Below are positions 37,283 through 48,686 of a DNA stretch of 64,000 nucleotides, piece by piece. The notes beneath the pieces are model-generated. The model saw only the letters and a program-made list of their open reading frames with translations, made no database searches and was not told the DNA's origin. Position numbers and translations under genes: made by a program. The stretch comes from an uncultured Candidatus Saccharibacteria bacterium (GTDB lineage Bacteria; Patescibacteriota; Doudnabacteria; UBA920), in contig CAZLNP010000001.1 of assembly GCA_964561085.1 (NCBI GenBank), forward strand, positions 10,213-74,212. Direction: 5' to 3'. Each line of letters begins with the position of its first letter. The stretch's first letter is position 1.

Positions 37283-40200
37283 TTACATAGGCAAATTATC
37301 GGGTGTGCTTGGTCTATAGTCAGGCAACTTCCCTGGCATCGTAGAAACTGGCTGTTGCACCAAAGGCAACTCATCTTGTGGTGGATCAATGGAGATGGCT
37401 TCACCATCGAAGTCACCATCATTTTTATCAGTAGAAGATTTCTTGTTGCGAGTTAACCAACTGTAAAGTACAGGAGTGGTAAACAAGGACAGAATACCTG
37501 AGCTTAAAATACCAAAGATAACTACAATAGCTAGTCCACGCCAGAATGGTGAGAACACAGCTAGAGGTAGAAGTCCTGCCAAAGCAGTAATCTTAGTTAA
37601 CAGAATTGGGCGGAAACGGATACCAGAAGCAATCGCAATCGCCTCTTTTTTATCCATACCTTCTTTTACTTTACGGTTCGCATAGTCAATCAAGAAAATA
37701 CCTACGTTCTCGGCAATACCAATTACCATGATGATTCCGATTGTTTCCAAGAAACCAAACTGTCCACCAGCGAAGAATGCCAATGCTGGAAATACTCCAA
37801 TGAAGATCAATGGAACTGCGAACAAGATAATTAATGGTTGTACAAATGAACGGAAGAAGATTACGAATACAACGTAAGTTACCAAAATAGATAATGCAAT
37901 TGCTAAGAATAATTCTTGGAAAGATTTTTCGAATTCATTTACACCAACACGGTCTTCGAAAGCACGATCAGAAACTCCCAAAGTAGCAGTATTAGCTTTT
38001 GACCAATCTGTAATCTGGCGTTGGATGTTAATTGCATCACGGCTATCGTTTAAACGAGCGCTTACTTGAGCATAGCGTTCACCTTGAGCACGGCGAATAG
38101 ATCCAGGAACTGCAGACTCAACTACAGTAGCGATGTCCCCGACCACAACTGGCCCGTTTGTTCCAAAAACAACCAAAGATTGTATTGCTTCAACGGTATT
38201 TGGTTTTGTATCTGCAGCCACACGAAGTACTACATCACGTTCATCAATTCTGAATAAAGTCTTTTCACCTAGTAAAGCAGAGATTTGGCCATAGACTGCC
38301 GGGCCGCTAGTTCCTGCCGCAGTAGCTTTTTCCTGATTAACAGATACAACTAATTCATTACTTGTCTGATCGCTATCTGTAATCACACCAGCGACTTCAT
38401 CATAGCTACGTAATTGATCAGAAATTTTCTGCGTTGCAATTTTTAACTTAGCAGGGTCATTTTCGAAAATCTTTACAGTTACAGGATAAGCTGCTTCTGG
38501 TGGTCCTGCACCAAATTCTTGGGCAAGCGCACGTTCATCAAACTTTTCTTGCAATTGTTCTTGTAAACGCTCTGCAATTTCTGGGCTCTTCTTTTCACGA
38601 TCAGCAGCATCTTTAAGAGTGATGAACACTGTCATAGAATCGCTTGAACCACTACCGCTTAAATCTTGGTAGAAGAAGTTTTCAATTTCTGTAATATGAT
38701 CTTTTAGAATAGTCTCAACTCCTGCTGTCTGAATTTCTAACTGAGCTTTAGTTTGGTTAGCAGGGCGAGGTACAGAGATTTGCAAGAAGTCTACATCGTC
38801 AGGACTTGCGAATTGTACTTGGCGAACTTGTCCACCAGCAAACAACATAGCAGCCACGCCAATTGGCACAGCTAAACCAAGAACGATTACAGTAATCTGT
38901 AACCAAACATGCTTTAAGATGTAACGGTTAGTGTTAATAAACCAACGCGCAACTGGCCACAAAGTGTGAACGTCATCTTCATCATGAAGAGTACCCTTTG
39001 CGTCGGCCTTCAGGAACTTTGATGCCAACCAAGTTAAGAAAATTAGAGGTACAAAGTATGAAGCGATTAACGCTGGGAATACTGTTAATGGAATGTACTT
39101 AATAATCTGGCCAAAAGTTCCAGAAACTAGACTGAATGGAATAAATACAATTAAAGAAGTCAGTACGGCAATGAACAGGCCTAGACCGATTACATCAATT
39201 GAACGAAGTACGGCCGCTTTACCCTTTAGACCAATTTCCATGTAGCGCTTAATTGATTCGAGCACCACAATAGATGGATCTACAATTAACCCAATGACCA
39301 AGATGAAGGAGAACAGCACCAAAGTGTTCATTTGAATTCCTAATAGGGCTAGAACGATGAAAGTAACTAAGAAAGAAAGTGGAATAGATAGAGCAGAGAT
39401 TAACGCACTGCGCCAATCTAAGAACAAAAGCATCCCAATAATTAGTAGCCAAATACCGCCGAAGATGTAGCCTAAGTATCCAACTGGACCTTCAACATCC
39501 CACTTGGATCCGACAGCTGCTTCTACAATTTCATCTACTTGATGCTGAGCGTCAGTTGCTTGACTGTAAACAATTGCGAAATCTGTTTTACCGTCAGAAG
39601 CTTTTGTTTCTTCAACTACCTTAGAAACTTCTTCACCAGTAGCGATTAAGTCAGCAGTCAGGTCGATTCGTACTTCGTAAAGTAACGCAGGTTGAATTTT
39701 AAATTTGTTATCGGCTTCGTCTAAGTAACCAACGCGGTGTACTTTTGCGCCATCATCAAAACCAATGTAAACAGAAGCAATGTCTGCAAGTTTTACTGTA
39801 CGAGAAGGTATTTCAGGTCCTTGAGCAGGAACAGAAATAGAAAGGTTGCGAACATCTTCTAGGTTTTTCAATGTCGCTGCACCTGAAATTGGAATTTCTT
39901 TTCCATTAATAACACTCTCCCCTAACGGGAATCCAATATTAGCACTTTCAATTTGAGAAGTAATTGCCGGCAACTGGTACTGTGGAGGCAACTCAATGTA
40001 AATCTTTTCTGAAACACCACTAATGTCTGTGAAACTTTTTACGCCATCTACTTGAAGGATCTTTTCTTCCAATTCAGCAGCTTGAGCCTTTAGTTCAATA
40101 AGAGTTTTTGGACCAGCAACAGCAACGAAGAAAGGCGCACCAGATGTGTCTGGTACTACAATGTTTGGATCATTAATTCCATCTGGTAAATCTACAGATG

Positions 40201-40597
40201 CTAATTTTGTACGAGCATCTTGGATAGCGATGTTTACATCTACGCTATCGTCAAAGCTTACAACAATAAGTGATACGTTTGTCTGGGATGTAGAAGTTAC
40301 CTCTTTAACACCTTTTAAATCGCGAAGGGCATTTTCGATCGGTACAGTTACAGTGTTATTGATAGTTTCTGGGCCAGCACCTGGAACAACTGTTGTTACA
40401 ACAGCGATTGGTACAGTGATTGCTGGGAAACCTTCCACGCGAAGTTGGAAAAAGCTACCAGTTCCTACAATAACGATAATTGCTAAAAGCATCGCAGTTA
40501 GCTGCTTTTGATTCAAGAAGAAATTTACTATCCTTGCAGTAGTGCCTAGCTTCTCATTCGGCTTTGGGGCATATTCTTGCCCAATGTTTTCAGTCAT
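37283..40597 (-). CDS. RND (AcrB/SwrC-like) efflux transporter
   Basis: 1104 aa; IPLS, IGLIVDPSIVVLE, RFRPILLT motifs. Confidence 0.92.
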   Translation of the reverse strand: MTENIGQEYAPKPNEKLGTTARIVNFFLNQKQLTAMLLAIIVIVGTGSFFQLRVEGFPAITVPIAVVTTVVPGAGPETINNTVTVPIENALRDLKGVKEVTSTSQTNVSLIVVSFDDSVDVNIAIQDARTKLASVDLPDGINDPNIVVPDTSGAPFFVAVAGPKTLIELKAQAAELEEKILQVDGVKSFTDISGVSEKIYIELPPQYQLPAITSQIESANIGFPLGESVINGKEIPISGAATLKNLEDVRNLSISVPAQGPEIPSRTVKLADIASVYIGFDDGAKVHRVGYLDEADNKFKIQPALLYEVRIDLTADLIATGEEVSKVVEETKASDGKTDFAIVYSQATDAQHQVDEIVEAAVGSKWDVEGPVGYLGYIFGGIWLLIIGMLLFLDWRSALISALSIPLSFLVTFIVLALLGIQMNTLVLFSFILVIGLIVDPSIVVLESIKRYMEIGLKGKAAVLRSIDVIGLGLFIAVLTSLIVFIPFSLVSGTFGQIIKYIPLTVFPALIASYFVPLIFLTWLASKFLKADAKGTLHDEDDVHTLWPVARWFINTNRYILKHVWLQITVIVLGLAVPIGVAAMLFAGGQVRQVQFASPDDVDFLQISVPRPANQTKAQLEIQTAGVETILKDHITEIENFFYQDLSGSGSSDSMTVFITLKDAADREKKSPEIAERLQEQLQEKFDERALAQEFGAGPPEAAYPVTVKIFENDPAKLKIATQKISDQLRSYDEVAGVITDSDQTSNELVVSVNQEKATAAGTSGPAVYGQISALLGEKTLFRIDERDVVLRVAADTKPNTVEAIQSLVVFGTNGPVVVGDIATVVESAVPGSIRRAQGERYAQVSARLNDSRDAINIQRQITDWSKANTATLGVSDRAFEDRVGVNEFEKSFQELFLAIALSILVTYVVFVIFFRSFVQPLIILFAVPLIFIGVFPALAFFAGGQFGFLETIGIIMVIGIAENVGIFLIDYANRKVKEGMDKKEAIAIASGIRFRPILLTKITALAGLLPLAVFSPFWRGLAIVVIFGILSSGILSLFTTPVLYSWLTRNKKSSTDKNDGDFDGEAISIDPPQDELPLVQQPVSTMPGKLPDYRPSTPDNLPM

Positions 40598-40677
40598 ATT
40601 GTTAAATAATTGATTACTAAAAAAGCCCTTAACTATAACAAGTTAGGGGCTTTTTGTCAAGTTTATGATTTATCAGT

Positions 40678-41217
40678 CTAGTTATCTAGCTGGTCGGAAA
40701 CGAAGCGTCCAATTAGGATTAGGAACACGATTGGAGCGAGCAACCAAATGAAGCTGGCGTTTGGATGCAAGAACAAAAATTGAATTAAAGGAGAGAAACT
40801 ATTTTGAACCTGATCCGGTAAATAGCTAATTACAATATTAATTAACAGTCCGACCTGAAGAACTGTAAATGCCAATGTGAAAGGTAGGGCGAGAATTTGT
40901 CGTCCATCTGCTGTAGAGCGGAAAGCATAACGACCCATGAAGATAAAGAAAACTAGGAACAAGATTGAAAATGCTGCCAATTGGGGCATTGTAGAACTAG
41001 CAATATTTAGTTTATCCGCTGCAATATTAGAAAGAAACGGTGCTTTAATTACCAACAGTTGCGCCATGTAAGTACAAACCAAGATCAACAACATGCGTCC
41101 CCTACCTGCAGCGAATGCAAAGAGTACGCTAGCGACTAACCAAAAACCTAAAATGAACAAATCCCATGATGGGCTGTTCCAGTTAAATGTGCTAATTAAA
41201 CTTTGAAAATCGGGCAT
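40678..41217 (-). CDS. Hypothetical membrane protein
   Basis: About five hydrophobic helices. Confidence 0.7.
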   Translation of the reverse strand: MPDFQSLISTFNWNSPSWDLFILGFWLVASVLFAFAAGRGRMLLILVCTYMAQLLVIKAPFLSNIAADKLNIASSTMPQLAAFSILFLVFFIFMGRYAFRSTADGRQILALPFTLAFTVLQVGLLINIVISYLPDQVQNSFSPLIQFLFLHPNASFIWLLAPIVFLILIGRFVSDQLDN

Positions 41218-41326
41218 TTTTAGAATTTTGTTTCAAGGAGTTTTTACCCACAAGGGATGCTGGGCTTTTCTATATTATACCACATGCATAATAAAAAACC
41301 GACATTGAGGCGGTTTTTCTAAATAG

Positions 41327-42478
41327 CTAAAAATTGTCTTTAATTGAATCCCAGAAAGATTTATTTACTTCTACCGTCTCCCCTTTCAAGTCAGCCAGTT
41401 CTTTTAGAAGCTCGGCTTCTTTTTTTGAAATCTTGCTTGGGATAATCACGCGAGCCGTCACCAACAAGTCACCTCGCTTATTACCACCTGGTTGGGCAAC
41501 TCCTTTACCACCAACTTTGAAAACTTTCCCTGGCTGAGTTCCAGCTGGGATTCTTAACTCAATTTCACCATCCAAAGTTTGAACTTTTACTTTTGCACCT
41601 AGAGCCGCTTGAGTAAAACTAATTGGCACTGAGGTTTTTAAAGTCTGCCCATCGCGGATAAATTCTTTGCTTGGTTTAACGCGAATATTTAAATACAAAT
41701 CTCCGGGTTCAGAACCCCGATAGCCAACTTCTCCTTCGCCATTGATGCGAATGCGTTGATTATTATCTATGCCGGCTGGAATCTGAACTTCCAAAGTTTT
41801 TTCTTGTCGGAAGAAACCTTCCCCCTTACAAGTCTCACAAGGTACCTCTGGAATTTTCCCATCACCACCACAGCGATCACAAGCCACAGAAGATTGCACA
41901 GCACCAAAAATAGTTTGGCGTTGTGTTCTTATTTGACCTTGGCCATGACAAACAGGACATGTAACAACTTTTGTATCAGGTTTTGCACCACTACCTTCGC
42001 AAGTTTTACACTTATCTTTTTTCTCTAAATGAATCTCTCTCTTAACGCCAAAAACAGCCTCTTCAAACTCTATCGTAAGAGACATTTCTAAATCGATGCC
42101 ACGGTTGCGTGCCTGCCTTGCTGAACGGGAACCAAAAATGTCACCGAAGATATCGCCGAAATCAAAATCCACACCTTCGCCACCGAAACCACCAAAGCCC
42201 CCGCCAAATGGATTACCACCTTGTGGTCCTGCGCCGTAGCCTGGTCCACCACCTTGCCGCTGGGCATCTTCAAAAGTCTGCCCGTACTGATCGTACTGAC
42301 TCTTCTTCTCTGCATTAGAAAGAACCTGATATGCTTCGTTTACCTCTTTAAACTTGGCGTCATTGCCTTGGCCTTTATCTGGATGATACTTATGAGCCAT
42401 CTTGCGATAGGCTTTTTTGATTTCGTCATCAGAAGCAGATTTTTCAACTCCTAAAGTTTCATAGTAATTTTGTGGCAT
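41327..42478 (-). CDS. dnaJ: Chaperone DnaJ
   Basis: HPD J-domain, G/F region, four CxxCxGxG repeats. Confidence 0.98.
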   Translation of the reverse strand: MPQNYYETLGVEKSASDDEIKKAYRKMAHKYHPDKGQGNDAKFKEVNEAYQVLSNAEKKSQYDQYGQTFEDAQRQGGGPGYGAGPQGGNPFGGGFGGFGGEGVDFDFGDIFGDIFGSRSARQARNRGIDLEMSLTIEFEEAVFGVKREIHLEKKDKCKTCEGSGAKPDTKVVTCPVCHGQGQIRTQRQTIFGAVQSSVACDRCGGDGKIPEVPCETCKGEGFFRQEKTLEVQIPAGIDNNQRIRINGEGEVGYRGSEPGDLYLNIRVKPSKEFIRDGQTLKTSVPISFTQAALGAKVKVQTLDGEIELRIPAGTQPGKVFKVGGKGVAQPGGNKRGDLLVTARVIIPSKISKKEAELLKELADLKGETVEVNKSFWDSIKDNF

Positions 42479-42819
42479 TAAATCTGGAAAATAATTAGTT
42501 ATGCACAGCCAGAGGCTTGACCTGATAGTTTACGTTTAGTTCGTTTCGGGTATATAATTTAAGTACTGGGGGTGATACTATTTACCTGAAGAAAAGTTAA
42601 AGTCTAAAATTAGTTTCTGGAGGAACTATAACCTAAGGTGTTTTTTGGGAGTTAACTATGAATAAAGAATCGCGGAAGGATCCGCACCTGTTGGACAATC
42701 GTTATTGTCCGATAATCAGCATTCTATTTTCTTTTGTCCATGTTGGGACAACCCCTGTCAATAAATCTGCCTTGAAGCTAACCTACCAAATTTAACCCTG
42801 CCGACTTGCGAACCTACGG

Positions 42820-42860
42820 CTACCCAGGCGACTTGTACCCACAAGTCGCCTTTTCTCTTT
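42820..42860. terminator. Hairpin/terminator downstream of dnaK
   Basis: AGGCGACTTGT-ACCC-ACAAGTCGCCT followed by T-rich run on the plus strand. Confidence 0.65.
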
Positions 42861-42864
42861 TATA

Positions 42865-44799
42865 TTATTTCTTTTCTTCTGTAGATGAGCCTTCAGATAC
42901 ACTAGCTTCGCCATCTTTTGGAACTTCAGTGTATTCTGCATCAACTGGCTTTTCATCATCTGCTGGAATTTCCTTTTCAGATGGATCTACTGTTCCTACA
43001 TCACCAGGCTGAGCTGCCTGACCCGCTTCGTACATAGCTGCACCAACTTTTTGAATTGCGTCAGACAAAGCTTGCACCTTAGCCTGTAATACATCTAAAT
43101 CTTCTTTGTCTTTTACTTCTTTAAGTTCATCAATTGCGGTCTGAGCTGCAGTCACATCTTCTGCTTTCGCTTTATCGCCCGCATCTTTGATAGTTTTTTC
43201 GGATACAGAAATTAATGTATCTGCTTCGTTACGCTTATCTACTAATTCACGGCGCTTACGGTCATCGGAAGCATGTGCTTCAGCTTCTTGCTTCATGCGT
43301 TCTACATCTTCTTTAGAAAGAGATGATGAACCTTGAATTGTAATGTGAGCATCTTTTCCTGAAGCTTTATCTTTCGCAGATACTTTTAGAATACCGCTAG
43401 CATCGATGTCGAAAGTCACCTCAACTTGAGGCACTCCGCGAGGCGCTGCTGGAATTCCATCTAGATTAAAGGTTCCCAAAGATTTGTTATCAGCCGCGAA
43501 CTCACGTTCTCCCTGCAACACGTGAACTTGTACAGAGGTTTGATTGTCAGCAGCAGTTGAAAATACTTGAGACTTTGAAGTTGGAATTGTAGTGTTACGA
43601 TCAATCAAAGGAGTGCGTACACCACCAAGAGTTTCTAGACCAAGAGTAAGTGGGGTTACATCTAGCAAAAGAATTTCTTTGCCTTGAACTTCGCCGCCCA
43701 AAACACCAGCTTGAACCGCAGCACCTTTAGCTACAGCTTCCATTGGATCAACGCCACGTTCTACTTGCTTACCAATGTAGTCTTCAACGAACTTGATAAC
43801 AACTGGCATACGAGTTGGCCCACCAATCATGATGATTTTTTCAATTTGTTGTGGTGAAAGACCAGCATCTTTAATGGCTTGTTCAACTGGAGTACGCATT
43901 TTAGCAACAATTGGCTTGATTAAATCTTCAAGCTTTGCGCGAGTTAGCTTCATTTCTAAGTTTTGTGAACCAGATTCATTCTGCGCAATGAAAGGCAAAA
44001 TGATGTCAGTTTCCATTGTTGTAGAAAGTTCGATCTTTGCTTTTTCAGCAGCTTCACGAACACGGTTCATTGCCATCTTGTCTGAAGTGATATCAATTCC
44101 GGATTGGGTCTTGAACTCGCTAGTTAAGAAATCGATCAAAGCAGCGTCCATATCTTTTCCACCAAGAGTTGTATCCCCTGATGTAGACTTAACTTCGAAA
44201 GTAGCTTGAGTCTTACCATCTTCTTCTGTTTCAGAGAATTCCATGATGGTTACGTCCAAAGTTCCGCCACCAAGGTCAAATACCAAAATCTTTTGATCTT
44301 GAGTACCAGATTTGTCGATACCGTAAGCGAAAGCCGCAGCAGTCGGTTCGTTAATTACACGAACAACTTCTAGACCAGCAATTTCACCCGCCTGCTTTGT
44401 TGCTTGGCGTTGAGCATCATCAAAGTAAGCAGGAACAGTAATAACTGCTTTCTCTACTTTATCGCCCAAGTGGGCTTCTGCATCGCGCTTAATCTTCTGC
44501 AAGATGAACGCGCTGATTTGTTCTGGAGAATATTCTTTATCGTTAATCTTATAACGGAAGTCTGTGCCCATTTTGCGCTTCGCTTCGAATACAGTTCCTT
44601 CAGGGTTTGTTACAGCCTGGCGACGAGCAGGTTCCCCTACAAGTAGTTGGCCATCTTTTGTAAATGCTACGTATGATGGAAAAGCTTTTCCACCAAGTGA
44701 GTTACCTTCCGCAGATGGGATGATAACTGCTTTTCCACCTTCCAACGCTGCAGCTGCAGAGTTAGAAGTTCCTAAGTCGATTCCTATAATTTTTGACAT
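42865..44799 (-). CDS. dnaK: Chaperone DnaK
   Basis: [23 protein letters not shown]. Confidence 0.98.
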   Translation of the reverse strand: MSKIIGIDLGTSNSAAAALEGGKAVIIPSAEGNSLGGKAFPSYVAFTKDGQLLVGEPARRQAVTNPEGTVFEAKRKMGTDFRYKINDKEYSPEQISAFILQKIKRDAEAHLGDKVEKAVITVPAYFDDAQRQATKQAGEIAGLEVVRVINEPTAAAFAYGIDKSGTQDQKILVFDLGGGTLDVTIMEFSETEEDGKTQATFEVKSTSGDTTLGGKDMDAALIDFLTSEFKTQSGIDITSDKMAMNRVREAAEKAKIELSTTMETDIILPFIAQNESGSQNLEMKLTRAKLEDLIKPIVAKMRTPVEQAIKDAGLSPQQIEKIIMIGGPTRMPVVIKFVEDYIGKQVERGVDPMEAVAKGAAVQAGVLGGEVQGKEILLLDVTPLTLGLETLGGVRTPLIDRNTTIPTSKSQVFSTAADNQTSVQVHVLQGEREFAADNKSLGTFNLDGIPAAPRGVPQVEVTFDIDASGILKVSAKDKASGKDAHITIQGSSSLSKEDVERMKQEAEAHASDDRKRRELVDKRNEADTLISVSEKTIKDAGDKAKAEDVTAAQTAIDELKEVKDKEDLDVLQAKVQALSDAIQKVGAAMYEAGQAAQPGDVGTVDPSEKEIPADDEKPVDAEYTEVPKDGEASVSEGSSTEEKK

Positions 44800-44817
44800 A
44801 AAATAATTTCCTTTCTA

Positions 44818-45342
44818 TTAAGCTTTCTTACTAATAACCACCTGGCTTGGTCGAATCACTTTGCCGTTGATCTCGTACCCAGTTTGTAAGTCCTCTACTA
44901 TTAGACCATCAGTGTCCCCCGGCACTTCCCTAACAGCTTCGTGATATTGCGGGTCAAAAGGTTTACCAACTGCATCGATTTTCTTCACACCCATTTCTTC
45001 CAAGACTTTATCTAGCTGGGCGAGCGTTGCGTTGATTCCCTTGAGCCAAGTTTCATCTATATTCTGAGGAGTATGTTTCAAACCTTGCCCGAGCGTATCT
45101 AGCGTTGGCAACAACTTTACTATCGTCACCTCTTTAGCAAAATCCATAATCTCTCGTTGCTTTCCTTCTTCGCGTTTCTGATAGTTCGCAAAGTCAGCCT
45201 GCGCTCGTTGCCATCCTGAAAGATTTGTTTGCGCTTCCTCTTTTGCTTCATCTAGCTGGCGTTGCAAATCAGTCGGCTCTTCTTGATGAGCTTGCTCCGG
45301 TTCTTGAGCCGGGTTTTGATTATCTTGTTCTTCTGGTTCCAT
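44818..45342 (-). CDS. grpE: Nucleotide exchange factor GrpE
   Basis: RAQADFANY, FDPQYHEA, GY......IRPS.V. Confidence 0.96.
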   Translation of the reverse strand: MEPEEQDNQNPAQEPEQAHQEEPTDLQRQLDEAKEEAQTNLSGWQRAQADFANYQKREEGKQREIMDFAKEVTIVKLLPTLDTLGQGLKHTPQNIDETWLKGINATLAQLDKVLEEMGVKKIDAVGKPFDPQYHEAVREVPGDTDGLIVEDLQTGYEINGKVIRPSQVVISKKA

Positions 45343-46098
45343 CTATGTAAATAAAATTAATAGTATTGCTGCCGCTCCACCGCCACCAATTAATTTGGTG
45401 ATGTATTCCATGAGCGTAATATTTTTCGGGTACTGCATCGACTTTGGACCGATTAAACCGATGACACCTTTTTTCCCTGAGGGAAGTTGTAGTCCAGAGA
45501 CAATCATTGAGTAATCAGAGCGCGTAGAAAGTTTTAATTCTTTACCGATGAACGCTTGCGCTTCTTTGTCGCCGTAGTCTTCGATCATCTCATCTGCGTA
45601 ATCTTCCAAGTTGTCGAAGAATTGAGCGATCTCTTTTGCATCTTCAGGTGGAAGGCTTTGATTATCTAAAATATTTGAGAGGCCAACAGATGAAACTTCT
45701 TCTGGGAACATCGCGAACGATGCTTGTGAAGTATGCGCGGTAAGGACTTTTGCTAAGCGACGACCGATTTCGGCGTTCACTGCTTGGAGCTTCACAATTT
45801 CGCTGCGCAAAGTTTCTTGCTCGCGCATCGTTAGCTTCACTTTATCCATGAGCTGATTTACGAAATAGCGGAAACCTTCATCTGTAGGTACTCGCCCCGC
45901 AGATGTGTGCGGTTGGCGAATGTATCCCATTTTTTCCAGGGCAGCCATTTCGTTGCGAATTGTTGCGGAACTAAGTCCGAACTCGAATTTATCGCACAAA
46001 TCTTTACTTGCCACCGCTACCCCGTCTTCACAGTTTAGCTTTACAATGGCAGCCAAGATTCTGGCTTGTCTAGGAGTTATTTCTTCTGTTTCTATCAT
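45343..46098 (-). CDS. hrcA: Heat-inducible repressor HrcA (short form)
   Basis: SSATIRNEM, QPHTSAGRVPT, GVIGLIGP..M.Y. Confidence 0.93.
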   Translation of the reverse strand: MIETEEITPRQARILAAIVKLNCEDGVAVASKDLCDKFEFGLSSATIRNEMAALEKMGYIRQPHTSAGRVPTDEGFRYFVNQLMDKVKLTMREQETLRSEIVKLQAVNAEIGRRLAKVLTAHTSQASFAMFPEEVSSVGLSNILDNQSLPPEDAKEIAQFFDNLEDYADEMIEDYGDKEAQAFIGKELKLSTRSDYSMIVSGLQLPSGKKGVIGLIGPKSMQYPKNITLMEYITKLIGGGGAAAILLILFT

Positions 46099-46138
46099 GT
46101 GTTTGATGTAATATATAGAGCAAAAGTAGCTCTAATTC

Positions 46139-46179
46139 AGTATAAAAATAAATTAGCACTCTGTCAAGTAGAGTGCTAA
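46139..46179 (-). promoter_or_regulatory. CIRCE operator overlapping the hrcA-grpE-dnaK promoter
   Basis: TTAGCACTC-N9-GAGTGCTAA at 46153-46179; minus-strand TTGACA inside the spacer, 17 nt, TATACT at 46144-46139. Confidence 0.95.
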
Positions 46180-46288
46180 AGCACAAATAGTTATGCACAA
46201 GTGAATGTAAAGTTGACTTGACATCAATAAGTTCACAGTCTAGACTTAATCTAAGATTAATAACTGACCAAATGGTCACAATATACAT

Positions 46289-46867
46289 ATGAATAATAAA
46301 ATAGTAATCGGAATCATTATTGGACTAATAGTAGTAGGCGGTGTTGCCGCTTACATGATTAGCCAAAACCGAAATGAAGTTGAATCTTCAAAAATGATGG
46401 AAGATAAAAAAATGACTGGCGACTCCATGACAGAAAAAGCAGTGGACAACGCCATGAACGGTGAACAGAGAATGAGCGTAGACGACGGTGCAATGAAAAG
46501 CGATACTAAAATGGAAAGTGATGCTATGAGTGGCAGTGAATTAATGGCAGCTCAGGCCGGAACTTACAAAGACTACTCCCCTGCTCTAGCTGAATCCGAG
46601 GCAAAGGCTAAGAATAAAGTTGTGTTATTTTTCCACGCGCCATGGTGTCCTTTCTGTAAAACTGCGGACACTGCTTTCAAAACTAACTTAGATAAAATAC
46701 CAAAAGGTGTGACAGTTTTAAAAACTGACTACGACAGCAACTTAGAACTACGCAAGAAGTACGCCGTAACTTATCAGCATACTTTTGTTCAAATAGATGC
46801 TTCTGGCAACCAAATAACCAAGTGGAATAGTGGTGACATTGATTTGCTAATCAAGAACGTAAAGTAA
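46289..46867 (+). CDS. Membrane-anchored thioredoxin-family protein with Met-rich linker
   Basis: N-terminal TM helix, FHAPWCPFC. Confidence 0.85.
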   Translation: MNNKIVIGIIIGLIVVGGVAAYMISQNRNEVESSKMMEDKKMTGDSMTEKAVDNAMNGEQRMSVDDGAMKSDTKMESDAMSGSELMAAQAGTYKDYSPALAESEAKAKNKVVLFFHAPWCPFCKTADTAFKTNLDKIPKGVTVLKTDYDSNLELRKKYAVTYQHTFVQIDASGNQITKWNSGDIDLLIKNVK

Positions 46868-46891
46868 CTCTCTCCGAACGACTTTAATTTT

Positions 46892-47611
46892 ATGATTGAA
46901 ATATTATTTGCGCTCCTTGCTGGAGCCCTAACAATTGGTGCCCCGTGCATTTTGCCACTCTTACCTATTCTACTAGGCAGTTCAGTTGGATCTACATCTA
47001 AAACCAGGCCGCTATTCATTGCAATTGGATTCATATTTATGTTTACAATTGTAGCTCTCACACTTTCGTGGTTGATTAGCGCGGCAAACATCTCTCCAAA
47101 CCTACTACGTACAATCGCAACTTTTGCTCTCGCTTTGTTTGGGTTATTTATGTTGTGGCCAACACCTTTTGAAAAAGTGACTGCATACTTAAGTGGGTTT
47201 AGCACCAAAGCGACATCACTTAGCACAAAGGCAGGCACAGGTAATTTGGGTGGGTTTGTTTTAGGCCTAATGCTTGGACTAATTTGGACACCGTGTGCTG
47301 GACCAGTGCTAGGCTCTATCTTAACCTTGATTGCGACTCAAACAAACATAGCTCAAGCAGGGATTCTACTAGTGGCGTATGCAATTGGCGCTGGTATTCC
47401 AATGCTATTGATTGCTTATGGTGGTCAGCTTATTACCACACGAGTACGAGCGATAGTTCCTTATGCAACAAAGATTCAACAAATATTTGGTATAATTATT
47501 ATCTTGCTCGCAGTAGCCATATATTTCCAATATGATGTTGCCCTACAAGCAAAAATTTTAGAAAATTTTGATTTCTCTAGTTTAGAGTCTAAGATTATCG
47601 CTCCTAAATAA
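46892..47611 (+). CDS. CcdA/DsbD-like transmembrane electron transporter
   Basis: PCILPLLP and WTPCAGP motifs. Confidence 0.9.
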   Translation: MIEILFALLAGALTIGAPCILPLLPILLGSSVGSTSKTRPLFIAIGFIFMFTIVALTLSWLISAANISPNLLRTIATFALALFGLFMLWPTPFEKVTAYLSGFSTKATSLSTKAGTGNLGGFVLGLMLGLIWTPCAGPVLGSILTLIATQTNIAQAGILLVAYAIGAGIPMLLIAYGGQLITTRVRAIVPYATKIQQIFGIIIILLAVAIYFQYDVALQAKILENFDFSSLESKIIAPK

Positions 47612-47633
47612 AATCCGCTACGGCTGTTCTATT

Positions 47634-48686
47634 ATGAAAAAAATTATTCCCCACATTCTAATCGTCATTGTTTTACTAGTTGGTGCTGGGCTCTATTTGC
47701 AGTCTACGAAAAAAACAGGAGAATCAATTTTGCCTGTGACATTAAAGACCCAAGAAAGTTCTTCTGATGAACTTACAGTTGATAGCCCACCAGAACAGCT
47801 ATTCAAAAATTACGGGCCGGCTCCAGACTTTGTTGGTAATGACAAGTGGTTTAACAGCGAGCCATTAAAGATGGAGCAACTTAAAGGCAAGGTTGTGTTG
47901 GTAGACTTCTGGACTTACTCCTGTATTAATTGTATTCGCACATTCCCCTACATAACTGAGTGGTATAAAAAATACAAAGATCAAGGATTAGAAATTGTCG
48001 GTGTCCACACTCCAGAGTTTGCATTTGAAAAAGTTCCGATGAATGTGGAAGCCGCAATTAAGAAATACGGGATTAGCTATCCAGTTGCACAAGATAATAG
48101 TTACAAAACATGGACTGCATATAAAAATCAGTTTTGGCCTGCACACTACTTAATAGATAAAGATGGGAACATCGTTTACACTCATTTTGGAGAAGGTAAA
48201 TATGATGTGACCGAAAAGGCAATTCGAACTCTACTAGGCTTAGAAGGTGAATTTCAGATTCCTCAACAGGAACCAGCAAACTTAGCAGCAACCCCAGAAA
48301 TATATTTCGGGCTTACCCGATTAAAGAATTTTGGTGGTACTGAAAAACCTAGCGGCGAACAACAAATTTACACATTTCCTTCAAAGCTAAAGCCAGGTCA
48401 GTTTGCATTAGAAGGCAGCTGGGTATTTAACCAGGAAGCAGCAATTCATACGAAGGGATTTGGGAGAATCAAACTAAACTTCGATGCCGCAAAAGTATTC
48501 ATGGTTGCCCAAAGCAACCAACCAACTACTATTAAAGTTTATGTGGACGGTAAGTTAATAAAAGGTGTTGTTGTGAAGGATTCAGATCTGTATGAGCTTT
48601 ATGACTCTATGGTTGGCGGGCAACACACTATGGAAATTGAAATTCCTGACGGAAACTTTGAAGCGTTTACATTTACATTTGGCTAA
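47634..48686 (+). CDS. DipZ-like redoxin
   Basis: DFWTYSCINC, GVHTPEFAFE, C-terminal AFTFTFG. Confidence 0.9.
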   Translation: MKKIIPHILIVIVLLVGAGLYLQSTKKTGESILPVTLKTQESSSDELTVDSPPEQLFKNYGPAPDFVGNDKWFNSEPLKMEQLKGKVVLVDFWTYSCINCIRTFPYITEWYKKYKDQGLEIVGVHTPEFAFEKVPMNVEAAIKKYGISYPVAQDNSYKTWTAYKNQFWPAHYLIDKDGNIVYTHFGEGKYDVTEKAIRTLLGLEGEFQIPQQEPANLAATPEIYFGLTRLKNFGGTEKPSGEQQIYTFPSKLKPGQFALEGSWVFNQEAAIHTKGFGRIKLNFDAAKVFMVAQSNQPTTIKVYVDGKLIKGVVVKDSDLYELYDSMVGGQHTMEIEIPDGNFEAFTFTFG

